From: a virus
Taxonomy: Duplodnaviria > Caudoviricetes
IMG/VR virus record: IMGVR_UViG_3300048502_000185
Coordinates: 1 to 64,000 of that record
Length of the DNA: 64,000 nucleotides
Strand: one strand, 5' to 3'
Of this stretch, positions 10,519 to 21,168 are shown piece after piece. Position 1 is the stretch's first letter. Each line of letters begins with the position of its first letter. The translations under genes and the position numbers were made by a program. The notes beneath the pieces are model-generated. The model saw only the letters and a list, made by a program, of their open reading frames with translations, was not told the DNA's origin and made no database searches.

Positions 10519-12084
10519 TTATTGCGTAATCTTGACATAATCCACTTGAGTATATTGTGGCCATGGCGAAGAGAGACTGGCACTTGGAAAGAGTGCCGTA
10601 TTGATAATTAAAAACATTGGATGTGATGGGACATAGCTCTTTGCAACGGTACAAGTAGTCTTGCCATCGACCTTCCAAACTACAGTCCCTGGTCCCCAAT
10701 CCACTTCATAGTTATGGAATGAGGATTCGGGATCACCAGTTGGTGCAGAGGCGCCGCATCCATCATTTTCTGTAGACACATTGTTTCCAGGTCCAACATG
10801 AATCTCTTGATTAATTGGTCCTCCTTGAATTAAGATCTCGGTCATATCTATCTCGTCAGAACCAGGAGCAGGCCAATTGCATGTTCCTACATTATTTGCT
10901 GTTATGATATTAGTCTGCTGGCAATTGGCTCCAAGCAACCAGATCGCTGGCCAAGTCGCCGTTCCACCAGCCATCTTGGCTCGATATTGGATTGTCCCGT
11001 AGGTAAAATTGAACGATTGCCACTGAATCATACCTGATGAAAACAAGAAACCACCAGGAGGTTGATCGGCACCGAGCTGAATAGGTGGTATCGCTGGTTG
11101 ACTTGAGATCGACATAAGTCCATTCGAAACTGAAACATTGCTCGGAAGCAAATATTCGCGCTCTCCAGAGGTCGGATCACCTTCACGATTCATCGCAACC
11201 CATTGACTCGTATCAAGAGCCGTTTCATTAAAGTCTTCACAGAATATAACATTGCCGGTTCCAGTGCTCGATTGACTGCAAATGCCGCCATCAGATCCAC
11301 TATCTAAAATGCCCGCTTCTCCACTATCGGAGACACCAGATTCTCCACTATCAAGAACACTTGCTTCTTGAATGCTCGCTTCTCCACTATCTAATATAGA
11401 TGCTTCTCCACTGTCAAAAACACCAGATTCTCCACTATCTAATATACTCGCTTCTCCACTGTCAGGAACGCCAGCATCTACAACACCCGTCCCACTGACA
11501 GCGGACCCGTATGCCATCATTGTCCAATTGGGCCATGATGAACCAGAACTCCAAGTAGAAGAGAAGGTTGTCAGATTTGATTGTCTACTTGATATTGAGG
11601 CTCTACTAATCCCAGTGTTGGTATCATCAAAAAACGGAGTCTTACTTCCAGCCGGGCTCAAAATGGCAATCCAGTATACTGTACCTGCGGTGATTGCGAC
11701 TCCAGGAACTGACACGGAATTCCAAGCGCCAGCAGTAGTAGAAGGAAGCGTACCAGAAGCCAGAAGGGCGCCAGGATTCGACCCAGCGTTGCTATAGAGC
11801 CCCAAACTAATAACCTTTGCGGTATTAGCCGAATCTAAATAAACTGATAGTTGATTCAAAGTTCCACTTACCGTTGCCGTGTATTTAAACGCTTCAGCCG
11901 TTCCAGAATTGGAAGAATCTTGTGATCCGTTATTCTGGTAATTGCCTAATAGTTTAGTTGATATTGTTGCTGCCTGAGCAGGTGAATTATTTGCTGTATT
12001 AACTTCTGGCATAATAGTAGCGACTAAGGCTAAACCTCCAATGGTAATAGAATACGAAGCGGCAAACATTATATATTTATTCAT
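10519..12084 (-). CDS. Secreted GH16 glycoside hydrolase with N-terminal beta-sandwich (DUF4082-like) and DSGE-repeat linker
   Basis: GH16 motifs FCEDFN, WPAIWLLG, EIDMTE catalytic motif, FHNYEVDW, DYVKI. Confidence 0.85.
   Translation of the reverse strand: MNKYIMFAASYSITIGGLALVATIMPEVNTANNSPAQAATISTKLLGNYQNNGSQDSSNSGTAEAFKYTATVSGTLNQLSVYLDSANTAKVISLGLYSNAGSNPGALLASGTLPSTTAGAWNSVSVPGVAITAGTVYWIAILSPAGSKTPFFDDTNTGISRASISSRQSNLTTFSSTWSSGSSWPNWTMMAYGSAVSGTGVVDAGVPDSGEASILDSGESGVFDSGEASILDSGEASIQEASVLDSGESGVSDSGEAGILDSGSDGGICSQSSTGTGNVIFCEDFNETALDTSQWVAMNREGDPTSGEREYLLPSNVSVSNGLMSISSQPAIPPIQLGADQPPGGFLFSSGMIQWQSFNFTYGTIQYRAKMAGGTATWPAIWLLGANCQQTNIITANNVGTCNWPAPGSDEIDMTEILIQGGPINQEIHVGPGNNVSTENDGCGASAPTGDPESSFHNYEVDWGPGTVVWKVDGKTTCTVAKSYVPSHPMFLIINTALFPSASLSSPWPQYTQVDYVKITQ
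11285..11465 (-). repeat. Coding tandem repeat, 24-nt / 8-aa period (DSGEASIL/DSGESGVF)
   Basis: About 7 units visible in DNA (TTCTCCACTATC) and in the translation. Confidence 0.8.
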
Positions 12085-12137
12085 AAGAGCCTTATGGCTT
12101 AATTGTTAATTGACAACAAGAGTTTTATACGAAACAC

Positions 12138-12166
12138 AAAATAATCACGCTCGCCAGCGCTGTCAA
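12138..12166 (-). promoter_or_regulatory. Putative sigma70-type promoter
   Basis: TTGACA-17 nt-TATTTT upstream of the GH16/barrel/lipoprotein cluster. Confidence 0.5.
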
Positions 12167-12211
12167 GGGCACGCCTAATTTATTTTGCTGAAAAACTTCA
12201 AAGCAAAGTTT

Positions 12212-12427
12212 TTACCAGAATGCTTTCAACTTCATTAATCTTTCAAATTGTTCTTGGGATGTGCAAGGTAAATACTGATCATTTATATACCATGCTTTAA
12301 TGCCATCGGCACATTCAATGGCAGGGCCATCGGCTCTATGATATTTGTCATTTAAAGAATAAAATTTATCACCACTAGGATATTCGCGCACTTCTCCGCC
12401 ATTAGGCAATTTGGTTTCTGTAAACAT
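12212..12427 (-). CDS. HREDGPA-repeat (MORN-like) family protein, copy 1
   Basis: LPNGGE...HRADGPA...CTSQEQFERLMKLKAFW. Confidence 0.85.
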   Translation of the reverse strand: MFTETKLPNGGEVREYPSGDKFYSLNDKYHRADGPAIECADGIKAWYINDQYLPCTSQEQFERLMKLKAFW

Positions 12428-12802
12428 TTTTTAACTTACATCAGGTTTAAATATAATTTTTTTGATTGAAGATATTCCGTGAGTTGGACATCCACCATTT
12501 TCTTCTTCAACGGCATATGTACATCCACACACATTACAAAAAATTAAACTAATTTCAGATAGAAACTTTGGTTCTATATGTTTATACCCACATTTGTGGC
12601 AAACAAAATCTTTGGCACTCCGCCAGCCATTCTTTCCACAATTAGGACAATTTGTTTCAGCCATAAAAACCTTTATCTGGTTGAAGAATGAATTGAAAAA
12701 TCAGTGCCGCTTGCAAAGGCTAACCCCAATAAAACTAATGCAAAAACAATTCCAACAATGAATAAAATATTGTTATCTAAAAATAATAAAAACTTTTTCA
12801 TG

Positions 12803-13132
12803 TTAATATCTCACAATCCCACTTGTGTATACATGTGTAATATTCACATCAGCGCCTTCACCAATAGCATGATCATTTGCCCACAGATAATCATGGAAAA
12901 GGCATGCATGCTTTTTAGATTCGTGATTTGACAAATCTATTGTCGGTAACACGGCTTCATTAAGAAAACACATCCCAGCATTCTCTTTATCAGAATTAAT
13001 AAACTTATTGTTTGCTTCTTGCAAAAGATGGCGATATTGGTCTGCAACTGCATTAGGAATGAGATAACAGTCCGTTGTATCTTGAGAAAAATACACCCAA
13101 ACCAAGAGCGAATGCGATTCTATATTAGACAT
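12803..13132 (-). CDS. Hypothetical protein
   Basis: 109-aa co-oriented ORF. Confidence 0.55.
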   Translation of the reverse strand: MSNIESHSLLVWVYFSQDTTDCYLIPNAVADQYRHLLQEANNKFINSDKENAGMCFLNEAVLPTIDLSNHESKKHACLFHDYLWANDHAIGEGADVNITHVYTSGIVRY

Positions 13133-13162
13133 TATACAAATTCCTTACTTCACAAAATTAAA

Positions 13163-13507
13163 TTACTTAGCGTTATGTTTAAAATCTGTTTCATCGTTCA
13201 ATGCTTCTTCATACATCTCTTGAACCTCTTTATACAAATCTTGATATAATTTTTCTGTTTTTGCGTTTAGTCTAATGATATCATTTTCTAATTCTTTATT
13301 TTTATTGAAAAGATCTACAACGGATTGTGCTTTGTCGCGACGACGGTAAGCTTCTTCTACAGATTTTTCTAAAGGACTTTTCTTTTTAGGAAAAGATATT
13401 TTCAATATAAAACTCATTATATTTTCACGAAAAATAAAGAATATTCCTACAGACCACACTACTGGTCCTATAAATATAGTAGGGTCAAATAACATATTAA
13501 ATAACAT
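13163..13507 (-). CDS. Membrane-anchored coiled-coil protein, tandem paralog 1
   Basis: N-terminal TM segment; PKKKSPLE...IIRLN...KE shared with 13516..13782. Confidence 0.65.
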   Translation of the reverse strand: MLFNMLFDPTIFIGPVVWSVGIFFIFRENIMSFILKISFPKKKSPLEKSVEEAYRRRDKAQSVVDLFNKNKELENDIIRLNAKTEKLYQDLYKEVQEMYEEALNDETDFKHNAK

Positions 13508-13515
13508 TTATATCC

Positions 13516-13782
13516 TTATTCACAATAAGATTTTACTTCTTTCTCATCGTCCAAAGTTTCTTTATACATATCATTATATATTTTTTCTGTTGCTTCATCT
13601 AATCTAATAATCTCTGCTTCAGTTTTATTATTTGATATAATAACGTTTGCATCAAATTGCGCTTTGGCAAAACGCCGCTTTGCTTCTTCTAATGGGGTTT
13701 CCTTTTTAGGCATATCGAAAGGTATAAGTGAAAGTAAAATAATGGAATAGATTATAAATAGTGGTAACCAATATATAAACAT
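13516..13782 (-). CDS. Membrane-anchored coiled-coil protein, tandem paralog 2
   Basis: PKKETPLEE...IIRLD...KE; duplicated junction AACATTTATATCCTTATTCAC. Confidence 0.65.
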   Translation of the reverse strand: MFIYWLPLFIIYSIILLSLIPFDMPKKETPLEEAKRRFAKAQFDANVIISNNKTEAEIIRLDEATEKIYNDMYKETLDDEKEVKSYCE

Positions 13783-14549
13783 TTATATCCTTATTCACTA
13801 ATTGATTGATACTTGTTGAGCAAAGATTCTACCTTAGACCCGATCGCCAAGAGGGGACAAATATTCATAGCCTTCATTACCATAACGGATACCGATGGCT
13901 GGCAGCCCAGCAAACCATTGCTTCTTTGGAAGAATATAGGCGTCCAGTTTATCGCCAGATGAACGCCAAATACTCAACATGAATTCTTTCGAAGGAATGA
14001 ATGACATGCCAGAGCTATCCAGACCTTCTTTTCCAAGTCCATAAACACATTCTGCCAATTCTTGAATTGGCACAGGCACTGCCTCAGTCCAAGGATTCGT
14101 CCAATGTGTTTTCATTTGTTAATCCTTTTCTCGCCAACGGCGAGATTCAACCGAACCACGTAGGCGTTTGTCTACGACAATTTGTTCATTGTCCATGTTG
14201 TTTTGAATTGACTCCTTCTCTTCAAAATTATGAGGAGACTTAGGAAACCGTGAATGTCTGTACTTAATTTTTTGTCCCATGACCTTAATCTTTTGTTAGC
14301 TGCGTTAATGATATTATCCAATGATACTAATTATTAGTTATTCTGTATTTTTCTTCCAATACCAAACTTGTCCTCCACGACCATTTTTTGACTCGGGATG
14401 ACCTGGTTCTAAATCTTGAGACCAACCAGATTCATTCCGAAAATATCTATTCTTATCAGTGATAAGAGAATTAATATCTTGTGCCAAAAAACTTTCTTTT
14501 CTATCTTGAATCAACAATAAAACATCAACATATTCCATAACAACCAACT

Positions 14550-14897
14550 CTATTCTTGGAATGATCCAAATGGTAAATCCACAACTTGTGGATTATTTGG
14601 CTCCATGCTTACTGGCTGAAAGCAACACCCGATGGGAATATCGGAAGACGATGGTCCGCATGATGCATTAAAATTCCTTGAAGAGGAAACTGGTGCAGTC
14701 CTATCATAATTTAGTTTTGCTACTACTTTATCATAATGAACAAGTTCTGAATTTGGATTCATGGCAAAATACAAAAAATATTCCCATGCATCACTTTCAG
14801 AAAGATTTTCCAACAAAATTATATTGTCAGCACGAACTGACCATTTTTGATTTTTAACTTTGATCACGAATCTCCTTTCGAATGAATTGGAAACCAT
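14550..14897 (-). CDS. Hypothetical protein
   Basis: 115-aa co-oriented ORF. Confidence 0.5.
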   Translation of the reverse strand: MVSNSFERRFVIKVKNQKWSVRADNIILLENLSESDAWEYFLYFAMNPNSELVHYDKVVAKLNYDRTAPVSSSRNFNASCGPSSSDIPIGCCFQPVSMEPNNPQVVDLPFGSFQE

Positions 14898-15758
14898 TCT
14901 TCATTTTTGTGAACGAAAGAAACTTCCATCTCAAGTTTTGAGAAAAACTTGGCATTGAAAAGATTTTCTGAGTAATCATCTCTTTTGCCAGTCCAAAAAG
15001 TGCCATCTAATTTTCTAATTACATACCAATGCGTGTTCACGAGATAATAATCTCCGCTTGGTTCAGCGCATTGGAAAGATAGGCATTCACATCCATGCCA
15101 CTTGGCGATGTATAGAAACTAAGTGCTGCTCGCATTGCCCGAAGTTCTCGTTCGGTCAACGTAAACTTTACCTGATATGTTTGATTTGAGTCTTTTATAA
15201 TCTCTGATCTGCTGTTCATGATATTCTTTCCGGGCAAATGCCCTCTTTTATTGAGTGTCGTAAGGAATCTCTCTAATCAAACGAATGATATCATCATGCG
15301 ACTGACCATTTATAATGGCCCAAAAGAGCCTTCTTTTAGGCGACCACTGAAGTTCTAATTCTAAAATTGTAGCCATTTACTTCCTTACTTTTTATTTTGT
15401 GCGATTAAATAAATTATTATTCCAATAATAATTATTGCGGATACGATGTTAATATACATTTGTTTTCAGAACAATGGTGCTCTACAATTAGAACAAAATG
15501 CGTCTCCGTCTTTGTCAATTCTAACAGCAGACGATGGATGCTTACAAGATGTATCCATGAACGGAGGAATCTCTAAAACCCTGCCAAGAGACGGGCCCTT
15601 GAGGTGATTTAGATCCCTAACAGATTGTCGCGTGAAACCAGAACGATGATTCTTCATAATAAATCCACTTTTCTTTCTTTCTCAACTTTTAGTTGAGCCA
15701 TTAATAATTAAGAAACACACACCCCCATGTTTTGAACAGACTGCCCGATGGGAACGGC

Positions 15759-15986
15759 TCACCAGAATGATCTCAATCTCATTAGTCTTTCAAATTCTTC
15801 TTGAGTTTTGCAAGATATAAATTCGCCATTTAGATACCAAGATTTATTACCATTAGCCCATTCAATAGCAGGACCATCTTCACGATGATATTCACCTTTT
15901 AGAAAAAAATATTTATTACCACTAATAGCAAATTCGTGCAATTCTCCACCATTAGGTAATACAGTTGTTTGCAATTTATTCTCCAT
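15759..15986 (-). CDS. HREDGPA-repeat family protein, copy 2
   Basis: HREDGPA; CKTQEEFERLMRLRSFW. Confidence 0.85.
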   Translation of the reverse strand: MENKLQTTVLPNGGELHEFAISGNKYFFLKGEYHREDGPAIEWANGNKSWYLNGEFISCKTQEEFERLMRLRSFW

Positions 15987-17088
15987 ATCTTACTTATAAT
16001 AAGTAGTAATTTTATCGTCCTCTAACATATAGTGCCTAATAAAAGTTGCTAAAACAAATATTGCGACGACCCAAATACTAACACTTAAACACGCGTGCTT
16101 TTTGATAGCAACATCCATAGCCAATGTGAAAAAATATCCAATCTTCATCGCCCCAACAAATATGATGAAAATTATTGTTGATATGAAAATAGATGATGCT
16201 AAATACTTCATTTTAATTTAGAGCTTTGGCAGATATTCTAAAACCAATTAATTTGCCATCAACATTAATGTGATATGGGTAATATCGTCCATCAGCACCT
16301 TTGCCGAAGATCCTACCAAAATTATCAAGCATAAGTCCGCCAGGGCCTTGGCAAACCTTGAACCAATGAAGTGTCTCCTTGTGTTTTGGATCCAATCGTT
16401 TTGCTTCTTCTGAATTGAGATCAACCCAACGGTCAATCGAAATCTTGCACTGCAAATCTAATTCTTTAGGGGACAACATTTTATTTACTTTCTTATTAGG
16501 TTAAATTACTGAATAGTATCATGCACTATAATATAACATGTTTTAGAATCAAAATTCATATTATGCCACTGTAATGTTTCTAAATATTCCTTGCGTGCGC
16601 GCATAACCTTTCTATTATTGAGAAAAATAATAACAACTTCAAGTGAATAAAATACAACTACAATAGCAACCAAAATTAATGCACATTTAAAAAAAAACAT
16701 ATTATATTCCTAAAAATTAAAAACGAAACGTTCGCTCTTCACCACATCTGGCACAACGTTTCAGACCAAAATAGCAAACATTATTAGCGGCAAAATATGT
16801 TGCATCGGTCGATTCTTCATGAAGAATGCCATGATGGGTTTCATCAGGCAACCATTTATGAAAATACATGAAACAAATCAATCGGTTAACAACATTTTTC
16901 ATTTTACCCCTTACCATGACAAGAAAATATCTCAATTCCTGACGACCAATCTACTACCGTGAAGACGCCTGGACAATCCAATGCCCCTTCTGAAGCGTAT
17001 CTAAGTGATGCAAGTTTGCTTTTCTTGAGCACACACAAGCGTGATAACTCATGTGGAGGTCTATGATATATAGCATACATTTTGTATC

Positions 17089-17430
17089 TCAATTTGGAGT
17101 AATAACATATTTGCCAGAAGGAATCAACTTTTCAGAACAAAGTCCATTCAAAATAGAATGAAACGAATATTCTTGCTCTTTGTCGCCAGTCTTGAAAGAA
17201 TTCCAAGCTTCCAAATCATATTCTTCAATAGTTCGTTCAACATTATAATTGAGTTCAATATCATTATTCCATTCTTCAATGATAAGGCAATCATATTCTT
17301 GACCAGAAACTAAATGAATAAACTCAATCATATCATTATACTTAATTGTGTGAGTAATATCAGTAATAGATTTAAGTTTAAAACTTTCCATACTTGGCAT
17401 TGTTTCGCTCATAAGATGATACCCTTTCAT
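17089..17430 (-). CDS. Hypothetical acidic protein
   Basis: 113-aa co-oriented ORF. Confidence 0.55.
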   Translation of the reverse strand: MKGYHLMSETMPSMESFKLKSITDITHTIKYNDMIEFIHLVSGQEYDCLIIEEWNNDIELNYNVERTIEEYDLEAWNSFKTGDKEQEYSFHSILNGLCSEKLIPSGKYVITPN

Positions 17431-17465
17431 TGTTGTTAATTTTTAACTGTGCCCGATGGCCAAAA

Positions 17466-17747
17466 TCACCAGAATGCTTTCAACTTCATTAATCGTTCAA
17501 ATTCTTTTTGAGTTTCACAAGGTATAAATTTGTCATTTAGATACCAAGATTTATCACCATCACCCCACTCAATAGCAGGGCCATCTTCTCTATGACGTTT
17601 GTCATTTATAAACCAAAATTTATCACCATCGGCATATTCAATAGCAGGACCATCTTCTCGATGAAGTTTGTCACTTAGATACCATTTTTTAGTACCACTA
17701 CCATATTCATGCAATTCGCCACCATTAAGAAATTTAGTTATTTTCAT
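17466..17747 (-). CDS. HREDGPA-repeat family protein, copy 3
   Basis: 2 repeats; CETQKEFERLMKLKAFW. Confidence 0.87.
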   Translation of the reverse strand: MKITKFLNGGELHEYGSGTKKWYLSDKLHREDGPAIEYADGDKFWFINDKRHREDGPAIEWGDGDKSWYLNDKFIPCETQKEFERLMKLKAFW

Positions 17748-17756
17748 AAATCATTA

Positions 17757-18062
17757 TTATTTAATAATAACAGTTTGAATATCCTGATCAGGAAACGCAT
17801 CCTGCCCGACACCAGAATCATAATAATCAAGTTCATCAGAAGTGGCTGCATCATCAGCAGTTGCAGCATCATCAGCCGAAACATCAGGCGTATTTTCTGG
17901 TGGCGTATGCAATGGTTTCAATGTGATTACACAACCATTGAGGAAAAATACTGATACAATGATCCAAATAGTAATTCCTAATGTAAAAACAATAATAGAT
18001 ACATTCTTAAAATTCATAACCGTTTTCTTTCTATAGGTAGGTTTAGTCATCCAAAGGATCAA
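17757..18062 (-). CDS. Secreted/membrane protein with DAATAD acidic tail
   Basis: Hydrophobic N-terminus, ADDAATADDAATSD low-complexity stretch. Confidence 0.5.
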   Translation of the reverse strand: MILWMTKPTYRKKTVMNFKNVSIIVFTLGITIWIIVSVFFLNGCVITLKPLHTPPENTPDVSADDAATADDAATSDELDYYDSGVGQDAFPDQDIQTVIIK

Positions 18063-18313
18063 CTATGAACACGACCCGATGGGAACCTGTTTTGTTATTT
18101 AGGGATAGGGATGCCCAAAATGGTCATTCGGATCAATTGGGATAGGGCTGCTGAACTCACGTCTATTAGCGTGGTCGGCTTCATTAACACATGCGCTATA
18201 ACATTGACAGGCTTCAATATTACATGTGGGCGCCACAACTGGCGTATTCGGAACTGAACCAGCACAGCCAGTTAATAATAATAGATACAAAAGTTTTTTC
18301 ATCATAATCTCCT

Positions 18314-18597
18314 TTACCAAAATGCTTTCAATTTTAATAGTCTTTCGAATTCCTCTTGATTAGAACAATCTATTCGAATATTATTCCAATACCAAAACTT
18401 CTCGCCATCAAAACATTCAACGGCTGGGCCATCTTCTCTATGTGGATAACCATTTAGATACCAAGATTTATCACCATCACCCCACTCAATAGCAGGGCCA
18501 TCTTCTCTATGACGATTATCATTTAGAAAATAATGTTTATCACCATTATTATATTCATATAATTCATGCCACCATTAGGTAATTTAGTTATTTTCAT
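18314..18597 (-). pseudogene. HREDGPA-repeat family, copy 4 (2-nt insertion after codon 10; absent from the ORF track)
   Basis: MKITKLPNGG, then a shifted frame reading ELYEYNNGDKHYFLNDNRHREDGPA...CSNQEEFERLLKLKAFW*. Confidence 0.8.
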
Positions 18598-18600
18598 ATC

Positions 18601-18891
18601 TCACCAGAATGCCCTTAATCTCATTAGTCTTTCAAATTCTTTTTGAGTTGTGCAATGTATTAATTCGCCATTTAGATACCACCATTTATCGCCATTAGCC
18701 CATTCAATAGCAGCACCATCTTCTCGATGAAGTTTACCATTTAGATACCAATAATTATCACCATCGGCATATTCTTTAGCAGGACCATCTTCTCGATGGA
18801 ACTGACCATTTAGTATCCAAGTTTTGAAACCATTAGGATATTCATGCAATTCGCCACCATTGGGCAATTTTGTTATTTTAATTATTTTCAT
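18601..18891 (-). CDS. HREDGPA-repeat family protein, copy 5
   Basis: 2 repeats; ...EFERLMRLRAFW. Confidence 0.87.
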   Translation of the reverse strand: MKIIKITKLPNGGELHEYPNGFKTWILNGQFHREDGPAKEYADGDNYWYLNGKLHREDGAAIEWANGDKWWYLNGELIHCTTQKEFERLMRLRAFW

Positions 18892-18901
18892 ATTTTTATT
18901 C

Positions 18902-19189
18902 TCACCAGAATGCTTTCAATCTCATAAGTTGCTCAAATTCTTTTTGAGTAGTGCAAGGCCATAATTCTTCACCATGTAACCACCAATATTTAGTGCCATT
19001 AGCAGCTTCAATAGCGGGGCCATCTTCTCGATGTAATTTATCATTTACATACCATTCTTTATCACCATTAGCATATTCAATGGCGGGACCATCTTCTCTA
19101 TGACGATTATCATTTAGAAAATAATGTTTATCACCATTATTATATTCGTCTAATTCTCCACCATTAGGTAATTTACTTATTTTAATCAT
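18902..19189 (-). CDS. HREDGPA-repeat family protein, copy 6
   Basis: 2 repeats; ...EFEQLMRLKAFW. Confidence 0.87.
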   Translation of the reverse strand: MIKISKLPNGGELDEYNNGDKHYFLNDNRHREDGPAIEYANGDKEWYVNDKLHREDGPAIEAANGTKYWWLHGEELWPCTTQKEFEQLMRLKAFW

Positions 19190-19194
19190 TTTAT

Positions 19195-19418
19195 TTACCA
19201 GAATGCCCTTAATTTCATTAGTCGCTCAAATTCCTCTTGAGTTGCGCAGGGTATATGTTGGCCATTTAGACACCATTCTTCTTTAGTTCACCATTAGGAT
19301 ATTCGACAGCAGGACCATCTTCTCGATGCCACTTGTTATTTAAAGACCAAATAGTGGTGCCATCAGGCCATTCACTTAATATGCCATTAGGTAATTTGGT
19401 TCTTTTAATATCTAACAT
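19195..19418 (-). pseudogene. HREDGPA-repeat family, copy 7 (frameshift near 19290)
   Basis: MLDIKRTKLPNG...HREDGPA; shifted frame ends CATQEEFERLMKLRAFW*. Confidence 0.8.
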
Positions 19419-19440
19419 CGTGTATGGCAATACTTTTATG

Positions 19441-20644
19441 TCAATGACCAACGACTAAAGTCGTTTGGCTTGTATCTGAATCTTTCAATTCGATACTTTG
19501 CATTGTTGGCGAAGCCAACAATGCGTTTGGCTGATTGACAGCAGCCTGCTTTGCCTTCTGTATTTTTGCAGCAGCAAAGATATAATCATTGCGAATATTT
19601 TTAGCTGCATTAACATCTGCATGTTCCTGCAAGCCACATTTATCGCAACAAAAATGAGAACCTTTTCTATTTTTCTTATTAACTTCTCCGCAAGAACTAC
19701 ATGTTTGAGACGTATAAGGGGCAGCAACATAAACAACTTGTTTGCCTAATGCTTCTGCCTTATATCCTAATAATAATTCTAATTGCCAGAATGACCAATT
19801 AGATAAGTAGTTTATTAAGTTTCTTGCCTTTTGATTTTTGTTTTCTAATACCTGAAAGGTCTTCTAATACAAAAATATCATAAGGAAGATCTCAACTAAT
19901 CATGCTTGCTGATATTGTGATTAACGTTCAAGCTAAACCGCCTCTCATATCTGCTTATTGATTTTAACTTTCTCTTCGCAGATGGAGTGCCTTTTGCCTG
20001 TAGTTTCCTTTTTAAATACAAAACCTCTCTTTTGTTTTTTCTTATCTGTTGGGAAGGATATTTGGAACCATCAGAACGAGCCGCTATGTTATAAATACCA
20101 CGATCTATACCTACTATATTATTTACATCGTTTACTTTAATTTTCGTTGGTGCTTTTTCTCTGAAAATTAAATTTGCTACGAAACACTTGTATTAAACTT
20201 ATCATAACCTATTTGTGCTGCTTGAAACTTCCACTTACCATATCTTTTCTTAAAGAACTCTGGTATTATAATTTTCTGTTTAATGCGAGAACCAGACCAA
20301 GCAATAGATAAATTATTGTCTTTCAAGCTTACTGATCTGATATCATAACCTACACTGGAATATGGTTTCTTGTATGGTCTATATTTAAACTTTAATGCCT
20401 TGACGCTGCCAAGAGCAGCGTCTCTTATTGATTGAATTATACCAGAAGGTATCTCTGGATATGCAGCACGTAATGTAAAATATGTATCTTTATGACACCT
20501 ATATTTGTTATAGGATTTATTTAAGAAACACCAATCGACATATTTATTAAAAATCTCATTGCAGATCCCCGTATATTCCAAGAAGCCTTCTGGGGCTTGG
20601 ATTTTTATGGGGACTGCTCTACGCATATGATGTTGCTTTGCCAT
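19441..20644 (-). pseudogene. tnpB: TnpB RNA-guided nuclease, frameshifted as assembled
   Basis: VGIDRGIYNIA, VLEDLSG, TSQTCSSCG, HADVNAAKNI spread over shifted frames; homologous to copy 1. Confidence 0.85.
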
Positions 20645-20649
20645 GTTTA

Positions 20650-20679
20650 AATATATAACCACAGATTTGAGGTTGTCAA
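20650..20679 (-). promoter_or_regulatory. Putative tnpB promoter
   Basis: TTGACA-16/18 nt-TATATA/TATATT. Confidence 0.45.
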
Positions 20680-20766
20680 GGGTTTTTAGAATTTTTTAAC
20701 GATCTCCGCAATTCATCCAACGACCAAGGTCGTTGGTTTTCTTGCGGAAGGAATATCATAACATCC

Positions 20767-21168
20767 TTATTTAATGTAATAAACCAATTCTTTACCTACA
20801 ACTTCGGAAAGCAATTCAACACGAGTAATCTCGCACCAATCGCCAAAATCTTCCATTATTCTTTTTTCAGGTTTTGAGAATAAATAGTTTCCAGAATCAA
20901 TCTCCAAATATAGAATTTTAGGTAAGTTTTGCAACAAATCTTTAATCTCGGAACAAGCTTTTTGAAAGCCCGGATATTGACTATGTCCATCACCTGACTC
21001 AGATCCCTGAGAGATTGGACCTAAATATAAATCAGAGTTCGCCTGTTGAATTAAGAATACATTTTCGATTGAAAGATTATTCTTTATCCACACATCTACC
21101 CAGAATCGTAGTGCCTGTTTGCGTTCATTCAAAGCATCAAAATATGATGCATTATTTAAATCAGACAT
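20767..21168 (-). CDS. Hypothetical protein
   Basis: 133-aa co-oriented ORF. Confidence 0.55.
   Translation of the reverse strand: MSDLNNASYFDALNERKQALRFWVDVWIKNNLSIENVFLIQQANSDLYLGPISQGSESGDGHSQYPGFQKACSEIKDLLQNLPKILYLEIDSGNYLFSKPEKRIMEDFGDWCEITRVELLSEVVGKELVYYIK

Larger units (their letters stand above)
19440..20744 (-). mobile_element. IS200/IS605-family tnpB-only element, copy 2
   Basis: Left end CAAGAAAACCAACGACCTTGGTCGTTGGATGAATTGC; right end ...ACGACTTTAGTCGTTGGTCATTGAC; 1305 bp vs 1308 bp for copy 1. Confidence 0.85.
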
